Positions 1 through 11,100 of a stretch of 64,000 nt of DNA are shown here, piece after piece. This stretch comes from Paragordius varius (taxonomy: Eukaryota; Animalia; Nematomorpha). The notes beneath the pieces were generated by a model. The model did no database searches. It saw only the letters and a list, made by a program, of their open reading frames with translations, and had not been told where the DNA came from. A program made the position numbers and the translations under genes. Position 1 is the stretch's first letter. The number at the start of each line of letters is the position of its first letter. The stretch is from positions 7,936,001 to 8,000,000 of the forward strand of contig OZ176050.1 of NCBI GenBank assembly GCA_964247055.1. Reading direction: 5' to 3'.

Positions 1-400
1 AAACACGATTGAACGAACAGCATTTATATATCAATATATATCAAGTTTTTACTGGTAAGATGCAGCCTGAAAGCTTATTCAATTTTTTTCAAACCATTAT
101 ATAGATTTATTTACTTGTTGCTTAGCGATTTAAAAAAATGGCCTCGAAAAAGTTTGAGATCAGGATTTTTTTTATATTTGATAATTTTTTAAAAAAAAGT
201 TTTGTATAATGCGCGTAAAAAAGGCTAAAGAAAGCATATATTTAGATTCGGCTTCAAACCTTTAATATTATTTAAGATACTTAAATTTGATATACTACCC
301 CAAAAAGTAATAGAGTGTTATTGTTTCGCGTATTAGATAAAAAAGCTTACATTTTTTTCTATAGTCTAAAATTGAGACACGAAAACATGATCAAAACAAC
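1..400. repeat. Dispersed non-coding repeat family A (partial; probably a decayed DNA-transposon derivative)
   Basis: The reverse complement of 1-100 aligns with 31215-31320 (aagctttcaggct.cat.tta.cag.aaaaacttgat...gctgttcgtt.caatc.tgttt). Related sequence is repeated at ~976-1260. Confidence 0.65.
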
Positions 401-415
401 CCGCTGGTATTAAGA

Positions 416-975
416 ATTTGCACTTCAAGAGTGTCCAACACCAAGTTGGTCCTTGAACATTAAAGTTGGTCCTAAAATTTTTTAAGAATTAATATAACCA
501 TAAATTTTGCATTTATTTTTATTTTATTATTTTTAAACCTAATTTTCTTAATTATATATTTATTAATTTAAAAATAAAACTTTTTATTAAAGAACAACTT
601 TTTTGTTTCAAACTAATTTTTTCCAATTCAACACTATTAACTTTTAAATGTTTTTAATGAAAAATTGTAGGTAATAACCCAGGAAACTTATATATTTTAA
701 AATTAGGTGTTAAAATCTTTATCCAAAATATTTTTAAAAAATTAATAAAGATTTACGGTTTCTCAATGATATAAAGTTAATATTGATTTAAAATTTATTA
801 AACAATAATAGAAAATAGGTTAAAAGCGAGAAAATAGATGAATGATTTACGATTTGATTGATAAAAGTTAAAAACAAAACAAAAAAAGAAGGGACCAACT
901 TGAGGTGTTTAAGGATTAATTTGAAATGTTCAAGGACCGATTTGTAGTGTTTAAAGACACTCTTGAAGTGCAAAT
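416..975. mobile_element. MITE with perfect 20-bp terminal inverted repeats and subterminal repeats
   Basis: ATTTGCACTTCAAGAGTGTC (416-435) and GACACTCTTGAAGTGCAAAT (956-975) are exact reverse complements. An aagttggtcc/ggaccaactt motif is repeated inside both ends. No convincing TSD. Confidence 0.75.
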
Positions 976-1260
976 GGTATATCAAGTTTTAGCTGGTAAA
1001 AGCCTTTTAAAGTTAATATTAACATCTAACCATAATATACATTTATTTGCCTGTTGCATTAGGGATTTAAAATATAAAAAAATGGCGGCAAAAAAATTGA
1101 GATGAGGTTTTTTTACTTTTTTTAAAACAAAATTCGTAGCCTAATGGTTAAAGAAGGCATATTTTTAAATTCGGTTTATACCTCAAATACTTTTAAAATA
1201 CTAAATTACAACTCTGGGATAAAACCCCAAAAGGTAATATATTTTGTTATTTTAATTACC
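976..1260. repeat. Repeat family A copy
   Basis: Shares blocks with 30-320 (atcaagtttt..ctggtaa; aaaaaatggc; aaagaa.gcatat.ttta.attcgg) and, inverted, with 30960-31300. Confidence 0.55.
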
Positions 1261-2868
1261 TTGAAAAGTTATAAAAATTGTCTAAAATATTTACAACAAA
1301 TGTAAATTATTATTCACACTTCATTGCCGTTTGGGGTAGTTTATAACCAAGAGTAATTAATTAGATTATCATCAAAATTATTTAAGTGGGACTTAGGAGA
1401 GCATGCGTCAAAAATACAGTGTTCACAAAAAAATAGGCTGATTATATATATATATTCTAATGTGACCAGATACTGTTTTTCGCAGTACTGTATTGGATTT
1501 TCAGAAACAAATGCTACTGTACTGCGCCCACTTTTGTACTGCCTTTTAAAATTAAAAAAATTAATTATTATAATTATATATTAATTACCTTTTATATATT
1601 CAAAAAAATTATTTTAAAATTGGACATAGTACTCACTGTAAAAATAAACCCATAATTTGTAAAGAAATGGGTCATTTTGCGGTAAAAAACTCAGATTGGC
1701 CTATTTTTAATTGTTTAATATTTTGTTTTCTGCTCGAATTATACATAAAATTGGATTTTGGATCGGTCAAACCGCTTATGATTCCGCTTTCGCACAGTGG
1801 TTAAACTATAAATCTCGGACACCACAGTAAGATTCAGGCTAATGGCTCTTTCACTCAGGGCTCCGCAAAAAGAAAATTTAAAATTAACAAAATATGATAT
1901 TTTAATAAATTTTTGATCTAGTTTAGAAAGTTCATTTTTTGTTAAAATTATTAAACGGAAAATTATATAGGAAATTGTTATTCCCGTAACATATTAGTTA
2001 AAATTTGTTATATAAGCATATGATTTGGAAAGACCCTTTTTTCATATAAAAAAATTAAGAGTTTTTTACGTTTACACTCATTAGGTCCTGGATAATATTT
2101 CATAATTTTTTTCTTAAACTTTAATTTTTATTAGTTTTCTTATTTTTTGCATAAACAAATTTGATGTATTTTGTGGAAGCGTACTTCAAACTATTTTGAA
2201 GCATGATAGAAATGTAAAGCTTTAAGATATAATAAAACCCTTTTTCTAAATAATTCGATGATGTTGAACATTAGTATAGGTAAGTATTTTAATTTTAAGG
2301 TTTCGCTTATATCGTTTCCATCGATGAAAATTGTATGAAGTACGCTTCAACAAAATTTTGTTAAAAATTAATTTTTGTATGCATTAAAAATATATTTAGT
2401 TGTCAAAATTTAGAATATTTTTAATATTATTGCACAATGTCGGAATTTTTCCGTTTTCCTTAAGAGAACAGTCTATCTTAAAAGAGCCAAAAAATTTTGG
2501 ACTTTTAGAGGCCACATCTGACAATTTAAAATTTTTAAAAATATTGTTTTGCTTTAATGCAGTTTATGTTATATTTTAGTGATATTTTTTAAATAAACCA
2601 TTTGGTTTTCACCTAAAATATTTGATAATAATGCGCACTTTTTACATATTTTATACAGACTTTGCATGGTATTTTGTAACCCTTGTCAAAAAAATTTATA
2701 TGCATCATATACATTAGGAGTTTCGCAACACAATAAGTCATATTCTCTCAAATAAATTACAATACAATTAAATAATTTATTGGTACGATGAATACATACA
2801 TAATTACCCTTTAAGGGTTACAAAACTACAACAAATACATCATTATAAGTAAAAAGCATTAATATTAT

Positions 2869-4494
2869 TTAAACTTTCCCGTGAAATTTACTCAACTCGT
2901 GGATGTATGTTACAAGCCCCTTCATACCCTTGAGATATAAGTCAAGATTAATATGTTCGTGTTGGGAATGCGCTCCATCCGTAGCATATGAAAGTGGCAT
3001 TAGAATTAGGCTATAATTATGGGGTAAAACATCGGATAAATAAACTGCTGCAGGAACTGTTCCACCATCTCTAGTGATATCAGGTTTCTTCCCAAACACT
3101 TGTTCAATGGCTCGTGTAGCGATTAAATAATGGTGATTATTGGGGTCAGTAATCCAGGACTCTACGTCCTCCTCCAACCATATACGGAAGGTGTTTCCCG
3201 TGTTAAGGGCTTTGTGTAGCTTTTTGGTGAAAAGCATGGTGAAATTTGCAACTTTCTCAATTTTTTGTGATGGAACAAGCCTTATTGAAAATTTGCCAAT
3301 AACCTTATGAGGTATAACAGTTTTTGGACCAGAATCAGAAAAGGCTCCCTCTATCCCATGTATACTGAGTGACGGTTCACGCCACTTGTATTGCAGTGCT
3401 TCCAATTTATTAGAATGTAGCAAATCACCTATAGATCCGATCGAAGTTCGATATTTTTCAATGTTAAAGTTAAATTTTTCATAAGCAAGTTTTTCTTGTT
3501 CAGTGAGAGGCCTAACATCATCATATAAACCCGGGATAAGAATTTCGCCGGTGCTAACATTGGCCAAACTCCCAAGTATATGGATTAATTCCTGAAGCGA
3601 TTCATGAACAGAACCTCCATACACACCCGAATGAAGGTCCTCCTTGGCACTTGTGATTTCCATAAAGAAATAAGCTAGTCCGCGCATACCATAAGTCAGA
3701 CAGGGCGTAAAGGCATTAGGGCAAAAGTTATCTGATATAACAGCGTAATCAATATTGCGGAAAAAATCGGACTCTTGCTTGAAAATACGACGAATTCCAA
3801 ATGAACCGGATTCTTCGGCCGTTTCTAAAAAAAACTTAATTTCAAACGGGATACAAATGTTTAGGTCAATCAAGGCTTTAATCGCATTTATCCAGGATAG
3901 CACTGGTCCTTTGTTATCAGTTATACCTCGACCAAATAAGAGACGGCCCTCTTTGTGTACTGTAAAAGGATCCCAAGGCCACCCATCTGCTGTTGAAGCT
4001 GGAACTACATCAAGATGCCCATAAACAAGTAGTGTGATGTTATTGTTTGGAGAAACTAGGGATGGTGATAGTTTAGAAAATAAAAATGGGGGCCCAAAAA
4101 CGGCGTCATTCAGATGATTGGTGTCATCATGGTGCGAATAACCGTATGCTAAATCTTGTGAAGAAGTGCGTTTACGGAGTGATTTATTCATAAATCGTAT
4201 ATCACTTGTGAAGCCGAGAGCATCTAATTTAGATTTTGTCCATTCAGCTACTCTTATGAGTTCTGGATAAAGACCAATTGATGCTGAAACACTTTTGAAT
4301 GATACCATATCTCGGAGTTCTTGTTCATAAGTTTTTTCATTTTGCTCAATGTGTGAAAATACACGTTGTAACAGTTTATCGTTTAAATTGTGACAATTAT
4401 TATTCGGGGAAAATTTTTGGGTTTTACAAAAGCTTAATTTTAGAGATATCACATAAAAACTTAAAAGAAATAGTATTTTTAATATATTAGCCAT
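2869..4494 (-). CDS. CNDP2-like: CNDP-like M20 metallodipeptidase with N-terminal signal peptide, paralog A (541 aa, intronless)
   Basis: Motifs YGHLDV, GRGITDNKGP, EESGS, ISDN, PCLTYGMRG, DLHSGVYGGSVHE, PSLSIHGIEGAF, KFSIRLVP and DGAHS match the carnosine dipeptidase family. The N-terminus is hydrophobic (MANILKILFLLSFYVISLKLSFC). Confidence 0.93.
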   Translation of the reverse strand: MANILKILFLLSFYVISLKLSFCKTQKFSPNNNCHNLNDKLLQRVFSHIEQNEKTYEQELRDMVSFKSVSASIGLYPELIRVAEWTKSKLDALGFTSDIRFMNKSLRKRTSSQDLAYGYSHHDDTNHLNDAVFGPPFLFSKLSPSLVSPNNNITLLVYGHLDVVPASTADGWPWDPFTVHKEGRLLFGRGITDNKGPVLSWINAIKALIDLNICIPFEIKFFLETAEESGSFGIRRIFKQESDFFRNIDYAVISDNFCPNAFTPCLTYGMRGLAYFFMEITSAKEDLHSGVYGGSVHESLQELIHILGSLANVSTGEILIPGLYDDVRPLTEQEKLAYEKFNFNIEKYRTSIGSIGDLLHSNKLEALQYKWREPSLSIHGIEGAFSDSGPKTVIPHKVIGKFSIRLVPSQKIEKVANFTMLFTKKLHKALNTGNTFRIWLEEDVESWITDPNNHHYLIATRAIEQVFGKKPDITRDGGTVPAAVYLSDVLPHNYSLILMPLSYATDGAHSQHEHINLDLYLKGMKGLVTYIHELSKFHGKV

Positions 4495-5246
4495 AAGTGT
4501 AAAACTAAAAATAAATCAAAATTTAAAAAAATATTTCTAATAGATGATCATTTAAATTAACTATATTTTATATTAATCACAAAATAATGTATCGGATCTC
4601 TTTATTTCATAATATGTTGGGAGACGTTTTATTTTGCTGATAAATAGCATATAATACGTAGGGGACACGCTTTAAGTGCCATATGGCCTATAATCCGATG
4701 TAATTGATATAAATCCTATGGCGTGCTTTTAATTATATACACCATTATATTAACGGTCATTTTTTTATTATATCCAATATTTAATATAAAAAGAGTAAAG
4801 ATATACCCTTTATCTTTAAATTATTTAATTAAAAACAACGTATGAAAAGCACTCATCCAATATTGCGTGTATATATCAGATTAAATCAATTACACACCAA
4901 TTACTAATAATTGTTTATTATGGCTTCAGAACGATATTAATTGATTTGAGTTTCAGTAAAAATGACAATTATAAAATATGACGTAATTTTAAATGTGTCA
5001 AGAAATTGTAAATTGGTTTTTCTGATATTACACATTTTACCTTATTAATATGTTTATACTAAAAATTTTAAAAATGAAATATTTTCATGGAATTTTTTTT
5101 AAACTACTAAATGTTTCAAACTAAGGTAATTTACATTAACTTTTCAGGTAGAGGAATTTATATGAAGCATGTGGAAATCGAGTTCCCGAAATTTCGTCAA
5201 ACAATTTGATAAAAACAAAGTCTCTTTTAGTCTCGCCGTTTTGTAT

Positions 5247-5456
5247 CAGAGGCGTAGCTAGATGGGAGGAAAGGGGGGCTGATCCACCGGGCAACATATT
5301 TGAAGGGGCGCCAGATTATAAATTTTTTTTTTAATTCAAAAAATAGGCATCTAAAATTTTTATAATATATAAAAATCATTACGTTTGAATTTGACTATTT
5401 TAAAAATGCTAGGGGTCGTATGGTGGAGGGTGCCAGAAATTACAGCTACGCCTCTG
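5247..5456. mobile_element. hAT-type MITE (CAGAGGCGTAGCT family)
   Basis: TIRs cagaggcgtagct (5247-5259) and agctacgcctctg (5444-5456). Same family as 24370-24625. Confidence 0.8.
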
Positions 5457-6390
5457 ATTTTAATACATTAAATGTTTTCACTCAGAACAGTCATGTGAGA
5501 CAACCTGTCTCGCTACAGAACTCTGTCAAGTATTTAGCTTTAAACTTGTACTTTATTGTGTCCATGCATCTCAAAAACTGGCTTTAATGTCACTTATTTA
5601 ATACTTGATGTAGATTAAATAAAATCGGGTGTACGTTTGGATATTGCTATAAACCGGATTGGTGGGTATTTTGTCAAAATTTAGTTTACACTTTTTATGA
5701 AACATTGCAATAAATGAAAGTTTGAAAGAAAAACGGTAAAATCACGGCCAAATATTTGGTTTATAAGTATTAACCATTTTGCGCAAATAATAGAATCATT
5801 CTTATTATATGCCTAAAACCAATACTAGAGGATCAAAAATTTGAAAATAACCGCTTCTTTTACATATGATAAAAATATTTTATCGTTTGGCAGGTATTTA
5901 AGGCGAAATAATTTTTGATATGTAATTTATGTTATTTCCAAAACTTTTTTATCGGCGATTAAAGGTTAAAATGTTTGTTACTTTAACAATTAAGTCGTTT
6001 AAAGCGACATTCGAATCCCTTATAGTATCCTAGGGTAATCAAATCGCCAAATTGAATTTGAGAGTTTATCTCATGATTTTCTAACAAAATAATTCTTTAA
6101 AACAAAGTAAAAAAAAATATACATTTTAATAATTTGATTGTTAAATATATCATTTAATATAACCAACATTTTTAGTATAAGATGAGAACAAACAAGTACA
6201 TGTGAAACATAAGTTTACAAACCTTTTGATTACAAGTGGGCGGAACAAGTTATTATATAATTTTATTTGACACTTAAAAGAGATAAAATATGAGATATAG
6301 TTTCACTTTGATCTAAAACAATATTATAAAACAAAACTTATTGCCCTTTTAATTTTTTCGATTTTGAAATAGTTGTTTCTAAATATAGTT

Positions 6391-7992
6391 ATGGCAAAGA
6401 TCGTATTCTTCTGTCATTTTTTCTTATTATATATTTATGTGAATAACGCAGAATTAACAAGAGACAATTGTATTGATTTGGATGAAACTGCGTTGAAAAA
6501 TTTATTCTCATTTATAGATGACAAAAGTCATTCATATGAACAAGATTTGCGTGATATGGTCGCTTTCAAAAGTGTTTCGGCCTCACCAGAATCTTATCAG
6601 GAACTTATTAAAGTAACTCAATGGACCAAAAACAAACTAGATCAAATTGGTTTCTCAAGTGACATAAAATATTTGGATTGGTCTTTGCGCAAAAAAGATT
6701 CCCGAAACGATATCTTATTTGCCAAACATTTACATCATACCGATGAATTAGGAAACAAAAAATTTGGCCCACCATTTTTGTTCTCAAAATTATCTACTCT
6801 CTCCCAAAAGCGAAAAAATATCTCTCTTCTAGTCTACGGACATTTGGATGTAGTTCCTGCTTCAATGGATGATGGTTGGCCATGGGATCCCTTTAGTGTA
6901 CACAAGGAAGGCAAAATACTTTTTGGCCGAGGCATAACAGATAACAAAGGACCAGTTTTGGCATGGATTAATGCACTGAAAGCGATGAAAGAACTCAACA
7001 TTTGTATCCCGTTTGAAATTAAATTTTTCTTGGAGAATACGGAGGAATCAGGTTCCTTTGGAATCCGTAGAATATTTAAACAAGAATCCGATTTTTTTAA
7101 TAACATCGACTATGCCGTGATTTCAGACAATTTTTGCCCAAATCACAATACGCCATGTTTGACTTATGGGATGCGGGGTTTGGCCTACTTTTTTGTCGAG
7201 ATCATAAGTTCGCGTGAGGATTTACACTCGGGCGTATATGGTGGATCGGTCCATGAATCTATGCAAGAATTAATACATATATTTGCGCGATTAAGTAACG
7301 CTACCACAGGTAATATCCTGATACCAGGAATATATGATGATGTTTCCCCGTTCACGTTGGAGGAATTACAAGCCTATGAAGAATTTGATTTCGACATTGC
7401 AAAATATCGGGATTCTATTGGATTGATTGGTGAACTCTTGCATCCAAACAAGATTGAAGCCCTCCAACACAAATGGCGTCAACCGTCACTAAGTATTCAT
7501 GGGGTTGAGGGGGCATTTTATGGTCAAGGTTCTAAAACGGTCATTCCACACAAAGTAATTGGCAAATTTTCTATACGACTTGTGCCATATCAAAACATAG
7601 AATGGGTAAAAAATCGTACCATAGAATTCGTTTCAAATATTCACCGTGACATGAAAACAGGAAATGCCATTCGTATTCGGTTAGAAGAAGATGCAGAGCC
7701 ATGGATTACTGACCCTAAAAATCATCACTATCGTTTAGCAAGTAAAGCTATCAAACGAGTGTTTGGAGTTAAACCAGATTTAACTCGAGACGGGGGTACT
7801 GTACCAGCCACAGTATACCTGTCAAAAATCCTAAAAAATAATAGTAGTCTAATACTTTTACCACTTTCGCTGGCTTCGGATGGGGCTCACTCAGAACATG
7901 AGCATATTGATATGGATCAATACCTAAAGAATGTCAAAGGAATCGTTTCCTATCTCTATGAATTAAATAAATATCACGACTCGAAGGAATAA
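6391..7992 (+). CDS. CNDP2-like: CNDP-like M20 metallodipeptidase with N-terminal signal peptide, paralog B (intronless; ATG 6391 preferred over the TTG at 6373)
   Basis: Same full motif set as paralog A. N-terminus MAKIVFFCHFFLLYIYVNNA. Transcribed divergently from paralog A. Confidence 0.93.
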   Translation: MAKIVFFCHFFLLYIYVNNAELTRDNCIDLDETALKNLFSFIDDKSHSYEQDLRDMVAFKSVSASPESYQELIKVTQWTKNKLDQIGFSSDIKYLDWSLRKKDSRNDILFAKHLHHTDELGNKKFGPPFLFSKLSTLSQKRKNISLLVYGHLDVVPASMDDGWPWDPFSVHKEGKILFGRGITDNKGPVLAWINALKAMKELNICIPFEIKFFLENTEESGSFGIRRIFKQESDFFNNIDYAVISDNFCPNHNTPCLTYGMRGLAYFFVEIISSREDLHSGVYGGSVHESMQELIHIFARLSNATTGNILIPGIYDDVSPFTLEELQAYEEFDFDIAKYRDSIGLIGELLHPNKIEALQHKWRQPSLSIHGVEGAFYGQGSKTVIPHKVIGKFSIRLVPYQNIEWVKNRTIEFVSNIHRDMKTGNAIRIRLEEDAEPWITDPKNHHYRLASKAIKRVFGVKPDLTRDGGTVPATVYLSKILKNNSSLILLPLSLASDGAHSEHEHIDMDQYLKNVKGIVSYLYELNKYHDSKE

Positions 7993-8133
7993 ATACTATA
8001 TAGATTTTTAAGGCCCAATCATTTATAGCCCAAATTTATTGCGTTGTTTATTTAATTAATCATGTAATTAATTATAATAAATATATTAATTTTTTATGTG
8101 CGTTGCCCATTGCTTTATATAGTTATGGAAAAA

Positions 8134-11100
8134 TTAGGCAACATTTTGATTATCCAACATATCTTGCAATTCTTGGTCCCATTCGTCTGATGTTTGTGAT
8201 TTCACCATTTCATAATCCTTAAGTTCCAATAATTTTTCAATATCTTCATCGTCTAATTTGTAATAAATAAAATTACAAAGGATGAGTCGCACTATGACAT
8301 GCCGCATAATATATAAAAATTCTTTAGATTATATGCAATCCGGTCCTAATTTAGTTAAGTTTAAGCATTCATTTTGATGCCTCCTTCAAAAATGACAATC
8401 CTTTTATATATACTATCACATGATATTGATAATAAAATAAAGATATTTACATTTTATGCCGAAAACTTGTGAAATTGTAAGATTTGATTTTTATTTTTCT
8501 ACTAGATTAAATGATTTCATTATTAATTTCCAAATTAAAATGGACTGGTTATGACAAAAATGACTACATACAAATGCAATCATCAATCAGGTTGTTTTTT
8601 ATGGTCAAAATCATTTTATTTATAGTTTGGCATGCAAAATGATCATCTTTTTCAAAAATGTTTGAAATGTTTATTTTAACAATTGATAAAATTGAAGTCA
8701 TAATTAAAAAAATACATATCGTATATTAGAGAATAATTCGTAGCCTGGCAGTCGGGAAACTGAATGCAATATAGATATTAGTGTAAAAACCATATTTTTA
8801 AAGACTGATACATACACAGTTTTAATCTGTACGGTCAATATTGTCCTTTCTATATGGTGGTAGAGTGGTTAAGGCGCCAAACTCCTGTACAATGCCAGTG
8901 AATATGTCAGAGTTCGATACAAACGCACATTTTTCATCATGGTCAGCCCTGGAGAGGTGGGTGTCAAAGCATTTAGGCTTATCAATACGCAGTAATATTT
9001 TTTCTAAACAATAACATTATATGTATTCTATTTTAATGTTGTACATATTAGCGATAAATTGGTAAAAATATTTATTATCCTCTAATCAATCTATCACATT
9101 ATAAATAATGTCGTTTTAATTTTTTTTATAAATTTTATAATTTCCAATTCCTGACAAAGCTAATGTCAGCAAATTATTAATATCGGATTATTTTTTGAAA
9201 TTATCACACATCCCTTCCCAAACCCATGCTTAGCTTTAATTCATGAACCACCAACCGGATTTAATTATAATGAAGGAGAAATATTAGCTTATAAACAACC
9301 AAAGCCTTGTAAATCGGTGCATTGTTATAAACCACAAATGCATTTTCCGGGCTTTCGGTTAATGATTTTTCAGAAATTTACAAAAACAATGACAATTAAA
9401 TATTACAATTTTTGTTACTACAACTTGGTTTTCAATCATACATATAAGCGATTAAATTTTTCCCAAAATTGTCATTTTACCATTATTTAATCACTCGATA
9501 ATAAAATTTGCCTGTAGAAGCTCAACCCTATAAAGTGTAATGAAGCCAGGCTCGCCAATAAAAATCCCTAAATTGCCTAGTACATACATTTTCTCTATTA
9601 CATCAGTGGTATGCCTTCTCACGGTTGAAAAAGGCACACTTTTTGTATATCTAAATAAAAATTTGATAGCTCTTGATGCCGTTCGATTACTTTGTGATAA
9701 TTTCCATTTTCAATAATGAGTTTGTATGGTAAGTCTAAAGTTTTAACGGCACAAAAACAGCTATAAAATTTTGGTTGGTTAATGCTAATTTTGAGATCTA
9801 AAAACTTCCGTTTGAATTTATGTATTTTTTCATTAAAATATTTTGTTCATAATCTTAATGAAACGTTTGTTGTATTACTTTTTCACGAAAATTATCAATC
9901 AATACATCGTTAACATCTATAAATGTTGTAAAATGGAAATTTTTGGAATAATAAATATTGACATGCATGATTAATGAGTGGAAAGTTCATGTTAAATTAA
10001 TCGGACCGTTATTAATAAATATATTTCAAGATTTCTGAGCTAATATAAAGATCGAAACACAATAAAGCGATAACTTTCTTATTTGAAAAAATACTCGACA
10101 GGATTCTACCACCGCGAGAACGCAAAACCTGATACAACAGAGACATGATAAATTTATACCAGAGTTATAGATGTTCCGTAAGAAAGAATATTTACTGATG
10201 CGAGTCTGGCTTTATTATTCACAATTTACCGGCGTAGAGCTCCCACAGGCCAATCTCTTATTGTCGATATAGAAAAGGTAAATTTAAAATCTATTTTAGG
10301 AATAAATCTTTCGCTAATATGTATAATTAGATGCCAAGGTGAAATCCATTTCAAAATTAAAGTGTTCAAAGGTCAAGATTTTAGTATGATATCGATAACT
10401 AAAGTATCAGAAAATGCATTTGTAGTATGCGAAAATGCCCCGATTTATAACGCCAGGGTTGTTGGTAAACTAAAAAGTAAAATCATTTAAAATTGCCTTA
10501 AACAAAACTATCCAATTAAAAGTTTTTTACAAAAAATAATCGATGGTTCCAGAAAATACATTGCACCAATGTTTGAAGAGCGAAGAGAAACAATTTAAAA
10601 AATTTTGTGACTGTTGTGCTTAATTCTTATGGATTTGTTTAAATAAACTCTCAAAAAACAAAATTGTTCTTACACCTTAACCTTTCATTGTAACAAAAAT
10701 TAAATAATTAAGTGAGCATGCCTAGTCAAATAATTGTGTTCTAATTATTGATGCTAAAAAATGCGAAAAATCAGTATAATTATAGAGGAAGAATTTCAAA
10801 TAGCTTTTTTTATCTATGGTTTCCGATTATAAAATTGATTATTAATATAAAGGAGTTCGAACAAACCTAAAATAAATAGATATTTTTATTTCGAATTCAG
10901 CACATTAGATTATTAAAACTTCTTAGTTTTTTTGCGAATAATAATTAGTTTAACGCTATAAAATATATCTAAATAACATTCAAAATTTCGTCAATCAATT
11001 AGCTTTGTAATTATAATATATCGATATTTTTTATGCATTTAGGACAAAAACAATTTAGATATACATATGACAATTTCATTCTACACGATTGCTATTAACA

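Noticed and set aside
1760-1865. GC-richer island with partial resemblance to the U4 snRNA 5' end (gcttt.gc.cagtgg) and, on the minus strand, to a hammerhead core (ctgagtga...gaaa)
   Set aside because: The rest does not match U4, there is no Sm site, and no hammerhead stems form. An Rfam/Infernal search would settle it.
3755-7106. Antisense ORFs inside the CNDP genes (3755-4024, 6834-7106) and similar shadows in SPR-like, the 552-aa ORF and the 62-64 kb ORF
   Set aside because: These are reverse-frame shadows of real coding sequence. Their similarity to each other simply follows from the paralogy.
2869-7992. Bacterial horizontal transfer as the origin of the intronless CNDPs
   Set aside because: Motifs such as PCLTYG.RG, DLHSGVYGGSVHE and PSLSIHGIEGAF are of the eukaryotic CNDP2/Dug1 type, and base composition matches the host.
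8253-8276. Apparent 24-nt GT-AG micro-intron before the last SYAP1 exon
   Set aside because: The upstream sequence has no SYAP1 similarity, and the exon joins in phase directly to exon 13963-13895. This is the 3' end of the long intron.
8855-8925. tRNA gene (also 52253-52315 and a box A-like motif at ~44845)
   Set aside because: Box A and B motifs are present, but I could not fold a cloverleaf with an acceptor stem, and a shared non-tRNA body follows. SINE is the better explanation.
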